64,000 nt of DNA, from the NCBI GenBank assembly GCA_052279835.1, contig CP181291.1, forward strand, positions 448,001 to 512,000. Reading direction: 5' to 3'. Origin of the DNA: Microcoleus sp. Its GTDB lineage: Bacteria > Cyanobacteriota > Cyanobacteriia > Cyanobacteriales > Microcoleaceae. Below the pieces are notes generated by a model. The model made no database searches. It saw only the letters and a program-made list of their open reading frames with translations, and was not told the origin of the DNA. The number at the start of each line of letters is the position of its first letter. The stretch's first letter is position 1. Both the position numbers and the translations under genes were made by a program. Shown piece after piece: positions 11,015 through 19,509 of the stretch.

Positions 11015-11575
11015 ATGTCTGTTCAGATGCAAAGACGGCTATTTACAGTGCAAGAATATCACCTTATGGGTGAGGCTGGCATTTTGGGTGAAGATGACCG
11101 AGTGGAATTGATAGAAGGAGAAATTGTTCAAATGGCTGCAATTGGTACTCGTCATGCAAGTTGTGTAAAGCGTCTGATCGCTGTGTTCTCCGATTTGGAT
11201 AGAAGACGTGCGATTATAGGCGCTCAAGACCCGATCCAGTTAACAGAAAGAACTGAACCTCAACCGGATATTGTATTGCTACAACCTCGCGCTGACTACT
11301 ACGCTACTGCACATCCAGTACCATCTGAAGTTTTGTTGTTAGTTGAGGTTTCTGATAGCACTGTTGGTTTCGATCGCGATGTGAAAGTTCCTAACTATGC
11401 TCGTTCTGGTATTCAGGAAGTATGGTTGTGGGATCTTGATGTGAATTGTTTAGAAGTTTACCGCGCTCCGACGGCTAATGGCTATACTTCTCTCAAAAAG
11501 TTTGAGCGGGGAGAAACGGTTGCGCCGCTAGCTTTTCCTGAGTTTGAAGTAACCGTTGATTTTATTTTGGGTTAG
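11015..11575 (+). CDS. Uma2 family endonuclease, tandem copy 2
   Basis: Near-identical to copy 1, including about 24 nt of upstream sequence. Confidence 0.9.
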   Translation: MSVQMQRRLFTVQEYHLMGEAGILGEDDRVELIEGEIVQMAAIGTRHASCVKRLIAVFSDLDRRRAIIGAQDPIQLTERTEPQPDIVLLQPRADYYATAHPVPSEVLLLVEVSDSTVGFDRDVKVPNYARSGIQEVWLWDLDVNCLEVYRAPTANGYTSLKKFERGETVAPLAFPEFEVTVDFILG

Positions 11576-11950
11576 AGGGATATCGAGTTTTGCTCAATAG
11601 CTTGCGTTGAGTCAGGCATTCTGCACGATTAACTTGCAATAAATACATACTTACTCGACCGATCGCACTTAGAGGTTCGATCGTACCACTTTCAGTTTGA
11701 AGTTGAAAATGGTCTGCCCAGCGATCTTTTCGAGGGTTGTAAAGTCGAACCACTTCACCTGTTTCTGGATCGATCGAGGCAATGTCGCTGCCTTTATTTT
11801 TGTTACAAAGCGAGCAAAACAAAGCCAGATTGCTTTCAACTGTTTCGCCCCTGTGTTTTTCTGCGATGATATGGTCTACTTGATGAGACGAGAGGGCGAG
11901 TGTTTCTGGGATTAAGCAATATTCGCAGCATCCGTTAGCGCGATCGCATA
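11562..11950 (-). pseudogene. 5'-truncated HNH endonuclease
   Basis: Minus frame reads DRANGCCEYCLIP...HQVDHIIAEKHRG...NLALFCSLCNKNKGSD; no start codon upstream, where a duplicated small-gene cassette begins. Confidence 0.7.
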
Positions 11951-11965
11951 CCGTGGGAATTATAA

Positions 11966-12148
11966 TTATACAGTGTCGTTATTCGAGAGTGGTGGAATCT
12001 CAGCAGCAGTTAAAGTCACGATTTTACCGTCACGCCAGATACTAATTGATTGTCCTAGTCTGCGGTGTTTTTCAATTGCTTCGGCAATGGCTGCTTTCAC
12101 ACCTGCGTCAATGCGATCGGATAATTTGACAAGTTTTTGTTGAGTCAA
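11966..12148 (-). CDS. Small protein, duplicate of 13103-13285 (zeta/AAA ATPase partner); possibly degenerate
   Basis: About 190-nt near-identical copy of 13092-13285; TTG start. Confidence 0.55.
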   Translation of the reverse strand: MTQQKLVKLSDRIDAGVKAAIAEAIEKHRRLGQSISIWRDGKIVTLTAAEIPPLSNNDTV

Positions 12149-12249
12149 TTGATTTCTAACCTATGCTCCATTTTCTTAAAAAAAAGCTTCTAAATCCCGA
12201 TCGCCTCTGATGATACTAATAATTTAAACAGCATTATTCTGAGCCTTAT

Positions 12250-12663
12250 TTATGGATACCGTCCTCGATCGATCAAAACTTGACGTTCAAGTATGCGATT
12301 GGGAGCATTGATTTTGAGTAATCTTGCAGTAGCTTGACCAATCTGAGTTATCCCTGCTATTCTGGCATCATTAAGCACAAAATGTTCGTCCCATACCTGA
12401 CGACGTGGATTAAATAAAGGGACAATTTCGTCATTAACTGGGTCTATAGTAGCTAAATCAGAACCTTTGTGGCGGTTGCAAGATAAACAAGAAAAAGCGA
12501 GATTTTCAGCACTGGTTTTACCTCCGTGTTTTAAAGCAACGATATGGTCTACTTCATGGCTGTAAATGGAAACATCTTGATGAATCCGACAATATTCACA
12601 GTGTCCAGAAGCTCTTTCAATAACTAATCTGCGGAGTTCCGCAGAAATGGAAGTAGAAGTCAT
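12250..12663 (-). CDS. HNH endonuclease
   Basis: CEYC...EVDHIVALKHGG...NLAFSCLSCNRHKG. Confidence 0.9.
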   Translation of the reverse strand: MTSTSISAELRRLVIERASGHCEYCRIHQDVSIYSHEVDHIVALKHGGKTSAENLAFSCLSCNRHKGSDLATIDPVNDEIVPLFNPRRQVWDEHFVLNDARIAGITQIGQATARLLKINAPNRILERQVLIDRGRYP

Positions 12664-13044
12664 TTATCCAATTTCCGAATAGGCTCTTGCTTTTAGTAAA
12701 ATCATCAGGTGTTCTAGCTGCTCGTAAACATCTAATTCTGCTATTTCCATTTCATTTAGGGTCGATTCGCGGTTTTTGTCAAGCAAAATTTGGAGGCGTG
12801 TCTGAGCCTGTTGTGAAACCTTGAAATTAACAATTTCTTGTGGAATTGGACTCTTTATCAAAAAATCCAGAACTTCTTGATAAACTGCGGGAATATCGCC
12901 ACTATGAGTGTTAATTTCCGGCTCGATAGTTGTGGGATTTTTCGTTATTTCTAGAATTTGCCACAGCAATTCTGGCAATCGATTTTGCAAAGGTTCTAGA
13001 CGTTGAGCCAATTCGTCGGGAATTTCAAGGGTAATTGTTGCCAT
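12664..13044 (-). CDS. Hypothetical protein directly upstream of the HNH gene (antitoxin-like)
   Basis: MATITLEIPDELA ribbon-helix-like N-terminus; stop codon abuts the HNH start. Confidence 0.65.
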   Translation of the reverse strand: MATITLEIPDELAQRLEPLQNRLPELLWQILEITKNPTTIEPEINTHSGDIPAVYQEVLDFLIKSPIPQEIVNFKVSQQAQTRLQILLDKNRESTLNEMEIAELDVYEQLEHLMILLKARAYSEIG

Positions 13045-13102
13045 TTTTTTGCTCACTGACGCTCTGATTGAATGGTAGCACAATAGACGACGGGAATTAT
13101 AA

Positions 13103-13285
13103 TTATACAGTGTCGTTATTGGATAGCGGTGGAATCTCAGCAGCAGTTAAAGTCACGATTTTACCATCACGCCAGATTCTAATTGATTGTCCTAGTCTGC
13201 GGTGTTTTTCAATTGCTTCGGCGATGGCTGCTTTGACACCTGCGTCAATGCGATCGGATAATTTGACAAGTTTTTGTTCAGTCAT
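13103..13285 (-). CDS. Small protein downstream of the zeta-like ATPase
   Basis: 60 aa ORF starting 4 nt after the ATPase stop; AIAEAIEKHRRLG...WRDGKIV. Confidence 0.7.
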   Translation of the reverse strand: MTEQKLVKLSDRIDAGVKAAIAEAIEKHRRLGQSIRIWRDGKIVTLTAAEIPPLSNNDTV

Positions 13286-13289
13286 TTTA

Positions 13290-13853
13290 CTAATTTATAA
13301 TGCGATTCCAAGTTTCACTGTCAGAGATGAGGGTTCCGTCTTCTGCACTACCTTCAGCAATTAGTCGGATAGTATCTCTAGAATTATCATAGACTATCCA
13401 GCGATCGCACAATGGTAAATATAGTGAAGTTAAGTTTCTGCGTCCGCGATCGTATCGCCTGCGGATGACATCTTCTGGAATAGAATGTCCGCCACTTTCT
13501 ACCCGTTGTTGTACCCGTTCAATTGCCATTTCTGGAGATTGTAACCAGAAGTAAATCAGGTTGATTGTGTAGCCTTTAGTTTTGCAGTTTCTCAAGAATC
13601 GAGCGAAGTTGCGAGCTGCTAAAGTTGTCTCGAAGGCGAAATCAGTGCCAGAGTCTGATAAAGTCCGCAGTCTTTGTATCATTAAGCGTCCTGCGAGGAT
13701 GGCGACTGACTCTGGATTGAATTGGGACATTCCGGCGGCTATCACATCTGCATTCACATATTCAAAACATTCTAAAAAATTGGGTAACAATCTCAGGGAA
13801 ACTGTAGTTTTACCTGAACCGTTAGGGCCACCAATAATGTAAAGATTCGGCAT
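13290..13853 (-). CDS. Zeta-toxin-like/AAA P-loop ATPase
   Basis: Walker A GGPNGSGKTT, VNADVIA, FAFETTLA, RVQQRVESGGHSIP. Confidence 0.85.
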   Translation of the reverse strand: MPNLYIIGGPNGSGKTTVSLRLLPNFLECFEYVNADVIAAGMSQFNPESVAILAGRLMIQRLRTLSDSGTDFAFETTLAARNFARFLRNCKTKGYTINLIYFWLQSPEMAIERVQQRVESGGHSIPEDVIRRRYDRGRRNLTSLYLPLCDRWIVYDNSRDTIRLIAEGSAEDGTLISDSETWNRIIN

Positions 13854-13932
13854 AATTGCGCTTCAATTTTTACTCATACTCTTCTAACTCAAATTCAATA
13901 ACTCCCAAGCATTGGCGGTTACTCATTGGCGA

Positions 13933-14190
13933 TTATACTGATCGAGCTTTGTGAAATTTGGCTCTGATTTGAGCGATCGCCGTTTCACCATCCACTCCTT
14001 CACCGCGATCGAGTTGTGTGGCGGCGATGTCGATTTTGGCGCAAACTTCTTCTACCCAGCGATCGTATCGATCGCGTTTTTCCAGCAGCCGTAGCGCGTC
14101 AGCAATGATTTCAGTAACGTTGGTATAGCGCCCGCTGGCGAGTTGGGCGAGTATGAGTTGTTCTTGTTCGGAGGTAAGGGTGATGCTCAT
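13933..14190 (-). CDS. ParD-like (ribbon-helix-helix) antitoxin; no intact ParE seen
   Basis: MSITLTSEQEQLI...ASGRY...EIIADALRLL...LDRGEGVDGE pattern. Confidence 0.75.
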   Translation of the reverse strand: MSITLTSEQEQLILAQLASGRYTNVTEIIADALRLLEKRDRYDRWVEEVCAKIDIAATQLDRGEGVDGETAIAQIRAKFHKARSV

Positions 14191-14337
14191 AGGTAAAGAT
14201 CGGCTGGCTATTGTTTTATTGCATCGGGGGGATTGCACGTTTGTCTCTATTCTAATCTATGACTGATGGAGTCCGTAAATCTCCTCCTATTATTTTAAGC
14301 TAGAATTAATTACTCGTTTAGTTAAAAGGAGAATATT

Positions 14338-14691
14338 CTGTCAACCAATCGCGAGTATTATATACCAGAATTCTCTCTTACACAGCAAACAATACAGGGA
14401 GAGGATATCCCCTTACCAGATCCCGAAGCAGAAGGACGACCCCATACAACACTTGGAAAAAGAGATGGAAGTGATAATATTTGTTACCGCCAGTCAGCAA
14501 CCTTTCCCTCATCAACTTGGCCGAAAGCTAATGGCTGCGATGTGCCTTGGGGTAGAGTAGATTGGACGGATCATAATCGTCCCTCAGACCATTCCAACCC
14601 GCATATCCACGAATTCCGCTACAATTGGGAACAGAAAAGATGGGAATGTGGAGTGCAACAATTTTGGTGGTATTGCATAGATGTTGATTAA
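14338..14691 (+). CDS. Stand-alone polymorphic-toxin-like domain (117 aa, CTG or ATT start), not in the ORF track
   Basis: Open frame after an AAGGAG RBS: ...PDPEAEGRPHTTLG...YRQSATF...RVDWTDHNRPSDHSNPHIH...; stop 14 nt before the next gene. Confidence 0.7.
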   Translation: MSTNREYYIPEFSLTQQTIQGEDIPLPDPEAEGRPHTTLGKRDGSDNICYRQSATFPSSTWPKANGCDVPWGRVDWTDHNRPSDHSNPHIHEFRYNWEQKRWECGVQQFWWYCIDVD

Positions 14692-14705
14692 CTAAAGGAG
14701 AAATT

Positions 14706-15290
14706 ATGGATGCTTGTTTTGAAATATTACTTTCGACAAGACAAACTCTTGATTATTTAGAAGTTCATCAGGAAACTTTTACTTGGGGTGGCGTAGAATA
14801 TCCCCAAGGTGAAAAGTATTACGTTTGGGGCAAATATATAAAATTAGTAGAGCGGGAAATTCCAGCCCATATAATCAAGCGCTTACCCCCCGTTTACGGA
14901 AATCTGCAATGGGTGAATTTTTCCGTACAAGGGAAAGGATTGGACTTGTTAGAATCCGAGGTGAATGGTTCAGAGATAGATTGGGAAGGCAAAAGTTTTG
15001 ATGATTTTCTCAAGTTGATTCTGACTGAACAACCTCAATGGGTTGTGGTATTTGAATGGCACTGCGATCGCATAGATAGTCTATACGAACAAAATGTTAG
15101 TGAGTGCATTAGTCAGATTAAAAATAATTTGAAATGGGAGAATAATAGAGAGGGATTTCTCGTACTATCTGTCCCAGAAAATGAGATTTACTCATCGATG
15201 TCTGTCGGTGGTGTCGCACAGACCCAACCGGGGTTGAAACCCCTGGCTAATAGCGAAAGTCGGTTGAAACCGACTGAAAAGCTGAGATAA
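14706..15290 (+). CDS. Hypothetical protein, candidate immunity protein
   Basis: AAGGAG RBS; acidic, aromatic-rich; immediately downstream of the toxin-like ORF; C-terminus runs into a REP-like repeat. Confidence 0.65.
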   Translation: MDACFEILLSTRQTLDYLEVHQETFTWGGVEYPQGEKYYVWGKYIKLVEREIPAHIIKRLPPVYGNLQWVNFSVQGKGLDLLESEVNGSEIDWEGKSFDDFLKLILTEQPQWVVVFEWHCDRIDSLYEQNVSECISQIKNNLKWENNREGFLVLSVPENEIYSSMSVGGVAQTQPGLKPLANSESRLKPTEKLR

Positions 15291-15465
15291 AAATCAAAAA
15301 CTCTTTAGTCCTCTTTAGAGGAATTTCGCTATGAGACAGGGGTTTCAACCCCGGTTAGACTATTAAGCTAACCGAGGTTTCAGGACACTCGCACAACCAA
15401 AGAAACCGGGTTTTTTCCCGAATCTTCGCACTCTCACCAAGTCTATGGTAAAAACCCGGTTTCTG
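15229..15465. repeat. REP-like palindromic repeats
   Basis: GGGTTGAAACCCCTG...CAGGGGTTTCAACCC and AGAAACCGGGTTTTT...AAAAACCCGGTTTCT; related copies at about 29050-29155, 46959-47022, 47105-47155 and 57074-57140. Confidence 0.7.
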
Positions 15466-15534
15466 GCCACACGCGCACTATCAAAATCACTGACACTCTC
15501 ATTGAATAGTCATAGCATAATAAAAATATGAAGT

Positions 15535-15549
15535 GCGATCGCCCTTCCT
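15535..15549 (+). repeat. Left copy of 15-bp direct repeat GCGATCGCCCTTCCT
   Basis: Identical copy at 23634-23648; the pair brackets the regulator and the ubiquitin-like operon. Confidence 0.7.
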
Positions 15550-15596
15550 GATCTTAGTCGCTTCACCCTACCAATCAGTTGAATAGCGGCAAAATT

Positions 15597-16085
15597 TTAG
15601 TTAGAATTGTTGTCGTCGAGGTCTAGATTTTGTATTGGCAGTTCAGAATCTAGTGATGTAGGTATTTGGATCTTAACAACAATTACTATTTGATTTTTTT
15701 CAATACTTATATTACTTATATTAACTATGCTCTTTTCAGGTAACAAATTACTGGCTGGCAATTTAGCACATGACTGAGTTTTATATCCAGCATCCTCAAG
15801 CCATTCAGCAATATTTCTCCAATTTTCGATCTTTTCAATGCCTTTACCCACAAAGCCTTTAACGTATCTATAAATAGTTGCACACAAATCAGTTTCCACA
15901 CCCTTGGGATTTTTTTGCAGCTTTTCGGCGATTTCAGCGGGACTGTGGCCGCAAAGCAACCCCCGCAGATGCAGCTTTTCGACGGGGGTGAGAGGCTTTC
16001 CCTTAACGGCGGCCAAGTCCGAGTACAGAGTTTTTAAATCCCAGCGGCTTTCTGCTTCGACGAAGCGATCGTTTGTGGATGCCAT
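15597..16085 (-). CDS. Helix-turn-helix protein, divergent from the ubiquitin-like operon (probable regulator)
   Basis: LTPVEKLHLRGLLCGHSPAEIAEKL...LYRYVK-type HTH; start chosen at MASTNDRF (track start 16124). Confidence 0.7.
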   Translation of the reverse strand: MASTNDRFVEAESRWDLKTLYSDLAAVKGKPLTPVEKLHLRGLLCGHSPAEIAEKLQKNPKGVETDLCATIYRYVKGFVGKGIEKIENWRNIAEWLEDAGYKTQSCAKLPASNLLPEKSIVNISNISIEKNQIVIVVKIQIPTSLDSELPIQNLDLDDNNSN

Positions 16086-16504
16086 AAATAGGTGTGTGTG
16101 AAGTTCCTGATGGAAGTCTAACATAATTCCTGATGTATGTAAGTGTATGCTCGGTGTTATTTGGCTTAATATACTTGAAAGCTCAAGTTTAAGTGGTGCG
16201 AGTCACAGGTTAAAACCTTTGTGGCAGGGCATTTGACTGATTACTGATTACAGTTAGTGTTACGACAGGGATTAGGGCTGAATTTTGGTAATTTTCTGGG
16301 TTTGACTCTAGTTTCGGGTACTGCTGGTAATTTTTTTTTAATTTATTTTCTGGGTTCTGCATAATTTTGTGGGTGCGGCCCCGATATATAAATAGGAGGC
16401 TGCAATGCGCCTTCTGCGGACTGAGCTCTTTGTGAGTGCGATGGTGAAAGCTTTGCTATGCAAAATTTTCGCTGAACTACCTCTCTGAAACAAGCGAGTG
16501 TGAA

Positions 16505-17914
16505 ATGTTTATGTCTGACGACAAGTACGATCGCCTAAAAAGGATTCCCAACTGGAGCCAAGAAAAATTGGCCCAAGCGAAAGTGGCTGTATTTGGCTGC
16601 GGCGCGCTGGGTAACGAAGTGTTGAAAAACCTGGCTCTGCTGGGAGTTGGCAACATTTGGGTTGTGGACTACGACACGATCGAAAAACATAACTTGACGC
16701 GATCGGTTTTGTTTCGAGAATCAGATATAGGCAGATATAAAGCGGAGGTGGTAGCTGAACGGGTTAAGGAGTTGAATCCAGATTCTCAAGTGCATCCGAT
16801 TCTGGGTAAGTTAGAGTTCGCCTTTGGACGAGGCTTGTTGCGGGAGATGGATGTAGCCTTTGGTTGCGTGGACAGCTTTGGGGCAAGAAGAACTCTAAAT
16901 GAGCGATGCTACTTTGCAGGGATTCCTTGGATCGACGGCGGGATCGATTACGCGATGGGTAACGTTGCTCTCTTCGATCCGCGAGTGCCTGAGACAGCCT
17001 GCTATCGATGCAAAATGAATACCACTCATTGGGAGCAAATTAATGAAAGGCGTTCTTGTCCAGATGGATATTTGAAAGATGACTACAAAGAGCCAGTAAT
17101 TGCCACAAGCATTATGACATCTTCCGTCATTGCAGCTTACCAAGTGGAAATAGCTGTGCAAGTCATCCTGGGAGAGCAAAATTTCCAACCTGGAACACAA
17201 TTATTTCTGCCGGTTAGCTTTCCGATGGGTTTTAATGTGGGTAAATTCAAGCTAAATGAAGAATGCCCCGACCATGAATTAATAGCTGGACAGCAAAATG
17301 TTCCTAGTCATTCAGTTAGCATAGAAAGCACTCCAAGTGAAGTAGCAGCTATATTAGGGCTGGATGATAAGTGGGAATTAGAACTTCCTTTCGATTTTGT
17401 CTTCAAATTAACTTGTCCCAAATGCGGATATATTGAACCAATCGCAACTCCTGTACAGGAAGTTAAACAAAGTCAAGCTTCGTGTCCGCAGTGTGACTCT
17501 GATCATAGAACCCCGACCAAAAATTTCAAAATTTATAAGGGTTCTGAAGAAGCAGAATTGCCATTACGAACTTTTTGGCTTGGGGATAAAGAGATCATTC
17601 AGTTTGTACAAAATGGTCAACTTACTTTTGTGGAATTAGCAAAGGACACTCTCGGTAAGAAAATTGAAGAAATCACTGTCATAGTTAAGTATCCCATGAC
17701 AGGTCAACAAAAAACAACCGAAGTGTTACTGGATTTCAACTTGGGTGAATTTGGGATAGCAGCCGCAGAAGTGTTTGACATTCAACCAAAGCGAGATTTC
17801 TTTTTAATGACCGAAAAGACTTCTGAACTTCTCAATAAGAATGATACATTTCGGACTGCCGACATTCAAAACAATGCTGTCTTAATACTTTTCCCTAACA
17901 TTGGTGGCTGTTAG
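16505..17914 (+). CDS. E1 ubiquitin-activating-like enzyme (ThiF/UBA) with Zn ribbon and C-terminal ubiquitin-like domain
   Basis: GCGALG, DYDTIEKHNLTRS, CVDS, CYRC, probable catalytic Cys in RRSCP, CPDH, CPKC...CPQC; the last 83 aa are a paralog of the downstream Ubl and end GGC. Confidence 0.92.
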   Translation: MFMSDDKYDRLKRIPNWSQEKLAQAKVAVFGCGALGNEVLKNLALLGVGNIWVVDYDTIEKHNLTRSVLFRESDIGRYKAEVVAERVKELNPDSQVHPILGKLEFAFGRGLLREMDVAFGCVDSFGARRTLNERCYFAGIPWIDGGIDYAMGNVALFDPRVPETACYRCKMNTTHWEQINERRSCPDGYLKDDYKEPVIATSIMTSSVIAAYQVEIAVQVILGEQNFQPGTQLFLPVSFPMGFNVGKFKLNEECPDHELIAGQQNVPSHSVSIESTPSEVAAILGLDDKWELELPFDFVFKLTCPKCGYIEPIATPVQEVKQSQASCPQCDSDHRTPTKNFKIYKGSEEAELPLRTFWLGDKEIIQFVQNGQLTFVELAKDTLGKKIEEITVIVKYPMTGQQKTTEVLLDFNLGEFGIAAAEVFDIQPKRDFFLMTEKTSELLNKNDTFRTADIQNNAVLILFPNIGGC

Positions 17915-17965
17915 TTAATATCGATCGAATCAAAAGTTAATTTTTGAACTAAGGAGACTCTTGTT

Positions 17966-18223
17966 ATGGCAATGGAAGAAATCACTGTAATCGTTAAGTA
18001 TCCGACTTCTGGCAAAAAAGAATCAGCAGATGTACCCATCGATTTTAAATTGGGTGAATTTCGGAAAGAAGTTCAAGAAATGTTTGAGATTCCACAAAGC
18101 CGTAACTGCACTCTGATGCTAGAAAAAACTAATGACGCTTTAAGTGATAATGATACCTTTCAGAGTGCAGGCATCCAAAATAATGCAGTTTTGTTACTTA
18201 TACCTGAAGTAGGAGGAGCTTGA
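17966..18223 (+). CDS. Ubiquitin-like (beta-grasp, YukD/EsaB-like) protein ending GGA
   Basis: 85 aa; ITVIVK first strand, LSDNDTFQSAGIQNNAVLLL ubiquitin-like C-terminal half, GG plus one residue; AAGGAG RBS; lies between E1 and E2. Confidence 0.88.
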   Translation: MAMEEITVIVKYPTSGKKESADVPIDFKLGEFRKEVQEMFEIPQSRNCTLMLEKTNDALSDNDTFQSAGIQNNAVLLLIPEVGGA

Positions 18224-18225
18224 AA

Positions 18226-18756
18226 ATGTCAATTCATGATAGAAGATTAGAAAGTGACTATCAAGGGTTACTAAGGCTTTGTATGTCCAACAAAAATATT
18301 AAACTTTTGGACTACATACCCGACCCTCGAAAGTATGTCATTCAGCTATCCAATGTTACAGGATTAGAGTCAAGCAATCCTGATGATTCACCTCGGTATA
18401 GAACACAGCACACCATTGAAATATCAAGCTTTTCCAAAAAATATCCAGAACCAGATGCACTACCTACAGTATATTTTAATCCTGTAATTTTTCACCCAAA
18501 TGTAAGTCCTGGAAACGGATGGACTTGTATTTATGGTACAGGTGTTAGAGAAAACCAACCTCTCAATGTTTTGGTTTTGAGATTAATCACAATGATTCAG
18601 TATGCCAATACTGATTTTGGAAATCCCCCTTATCCGAATGCAGATGCTAAGGCATGGTATGAGAGAAATAAACATAAAGGTTGGTTTCCTCTAGCCAAAA
18701 AATTAAGTGATGAGCCATCGGAAAGTAAAAAAGTTAAATGGGGCAAAAAGACATGA
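18226..18756 (+). CDS. E2 ubiquitin-conjugating-like enzyme (UBC fold)
   Basis: RRLESDY N-terminal helix, YP...P.V.F...IFHPNV......C (HPN plus catalytic Cys), PYPNADAKAWY; AGGAGG RBS. Confidence 0.9.
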   Translation: MSIHDRRLESDYQGLLRLCMSNKNIKLLDYIPDPRKYVIQLSNVTGLESSNPDDSPRYRTQHTIEISSFSKKYPEPDALPTVYFNPVIFHPNVSPGNGWTCIYGTGVRENQPLNVLVLRLITMIQYANTDFGNPPYPNADAKAWYERNKHKGWFPLAKKLSDEPSESKKVKWGKKT

Positions 18757-19508
18757 CTAAGAGCCGATGGCATAAGCGGCCTGAAACTAAAGGTACCGAA
18801 GAGCAAACAACACGGGATGTTTCTGTGTTGCCTTTACAAGATCAGAGTCAATATCAATCTTTCGCTCATAACAATGTTCAGCTTTTTGTAATCGAACCCG
18901 CTATCGATAGGCTGAAAACTCACTTATCCCAAGACACAACCAAAGAAACGGGAGGTATTTTAGTAGGAAATGTGTTGATTGATTCAGAAAAAGGTATCTA
19001 CTGCACAAAAATAACAGGCGCGATTGCAGCACCCACTACAATTGGAAACCGCTCAACATTTCGGTTTACTCCTGATTGTTGGCCAGCAATCCTTAAAGAA
19101 CAAAAAGAATTTTACCCGCAAACACAGATTGTGGGTTGGTATCATTCTCATCCAAATTTTGGAGTTTTTCTATCAGGGGTTGATTTAGACACGCAAAAAG
19201 ATTGTTTTAACCAACCTTGGCACATTGCTGTTGTTTACGATCCTATTCGACATGAGATCGGCTTTTTCTGTGGTGCTAAAGGAGAAGAAATGAACTCTAT
19301 AAAAACTTTACAGCCTCAAGATAAAGAATTTGAATCTTTTCAAGTCACGGACGAACACAGCGAAAAACACTTAGTTGAAGATGAGCAATCAGAGGCGAAT
19401 ACTGTTGATGATTCAACAGATACAAAGCCAGTATCATCTTCAGAAAATTCTGCACCAGGCTGTTTAAGCGTTTTCACAAATCTTTTAAAAAAATTGAGAC
19501 GTTCATAA
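18753..19508 (+). CDS. JAB/MPN+ (JAMM) metallopeptidase, deubiquitinase-like
   Basis: ETGGILVG...GWYHSHP....LSGVD JAMM motif; ATGA overlap with the E2 stop. Confidence 0.92.
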   Translation: MTKSRWHKRPETKGTEEQTTRDVSVLPLQDQSQYQSFAHNNVQLFVIEPAIDRLKTHLSQDTTKETGGILVGNVLIDSEKGIYCTKITGAIAAPTTIGNRSTFRFTPDCWPAILKEQKEFYPQTQIVGWYHSHPNFGVFLSGVDLDTQKDCFNQPWHIAVVYDPIRHEIGFFCGAKGEEMNSIKTLQPQDKEFESFQVTDEHSEKHLVEDEQSEANTVDDSTDTKPVSSSENSAPGCLSVFTNLLKKLRRS

Positions 19509-19509
19509 T

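Noticed and set aside
16505..19508. E1/Ubl/JAB as thiamine, molybdopterin or cysteine sulfur-transfer genes, or as CBASS cap2/cap3
   Set aside because: A separate E2 with HPN and Cys is present, while cofactor biosynthesis genes, a rhodanese domain and a CD-NTase are all absent.
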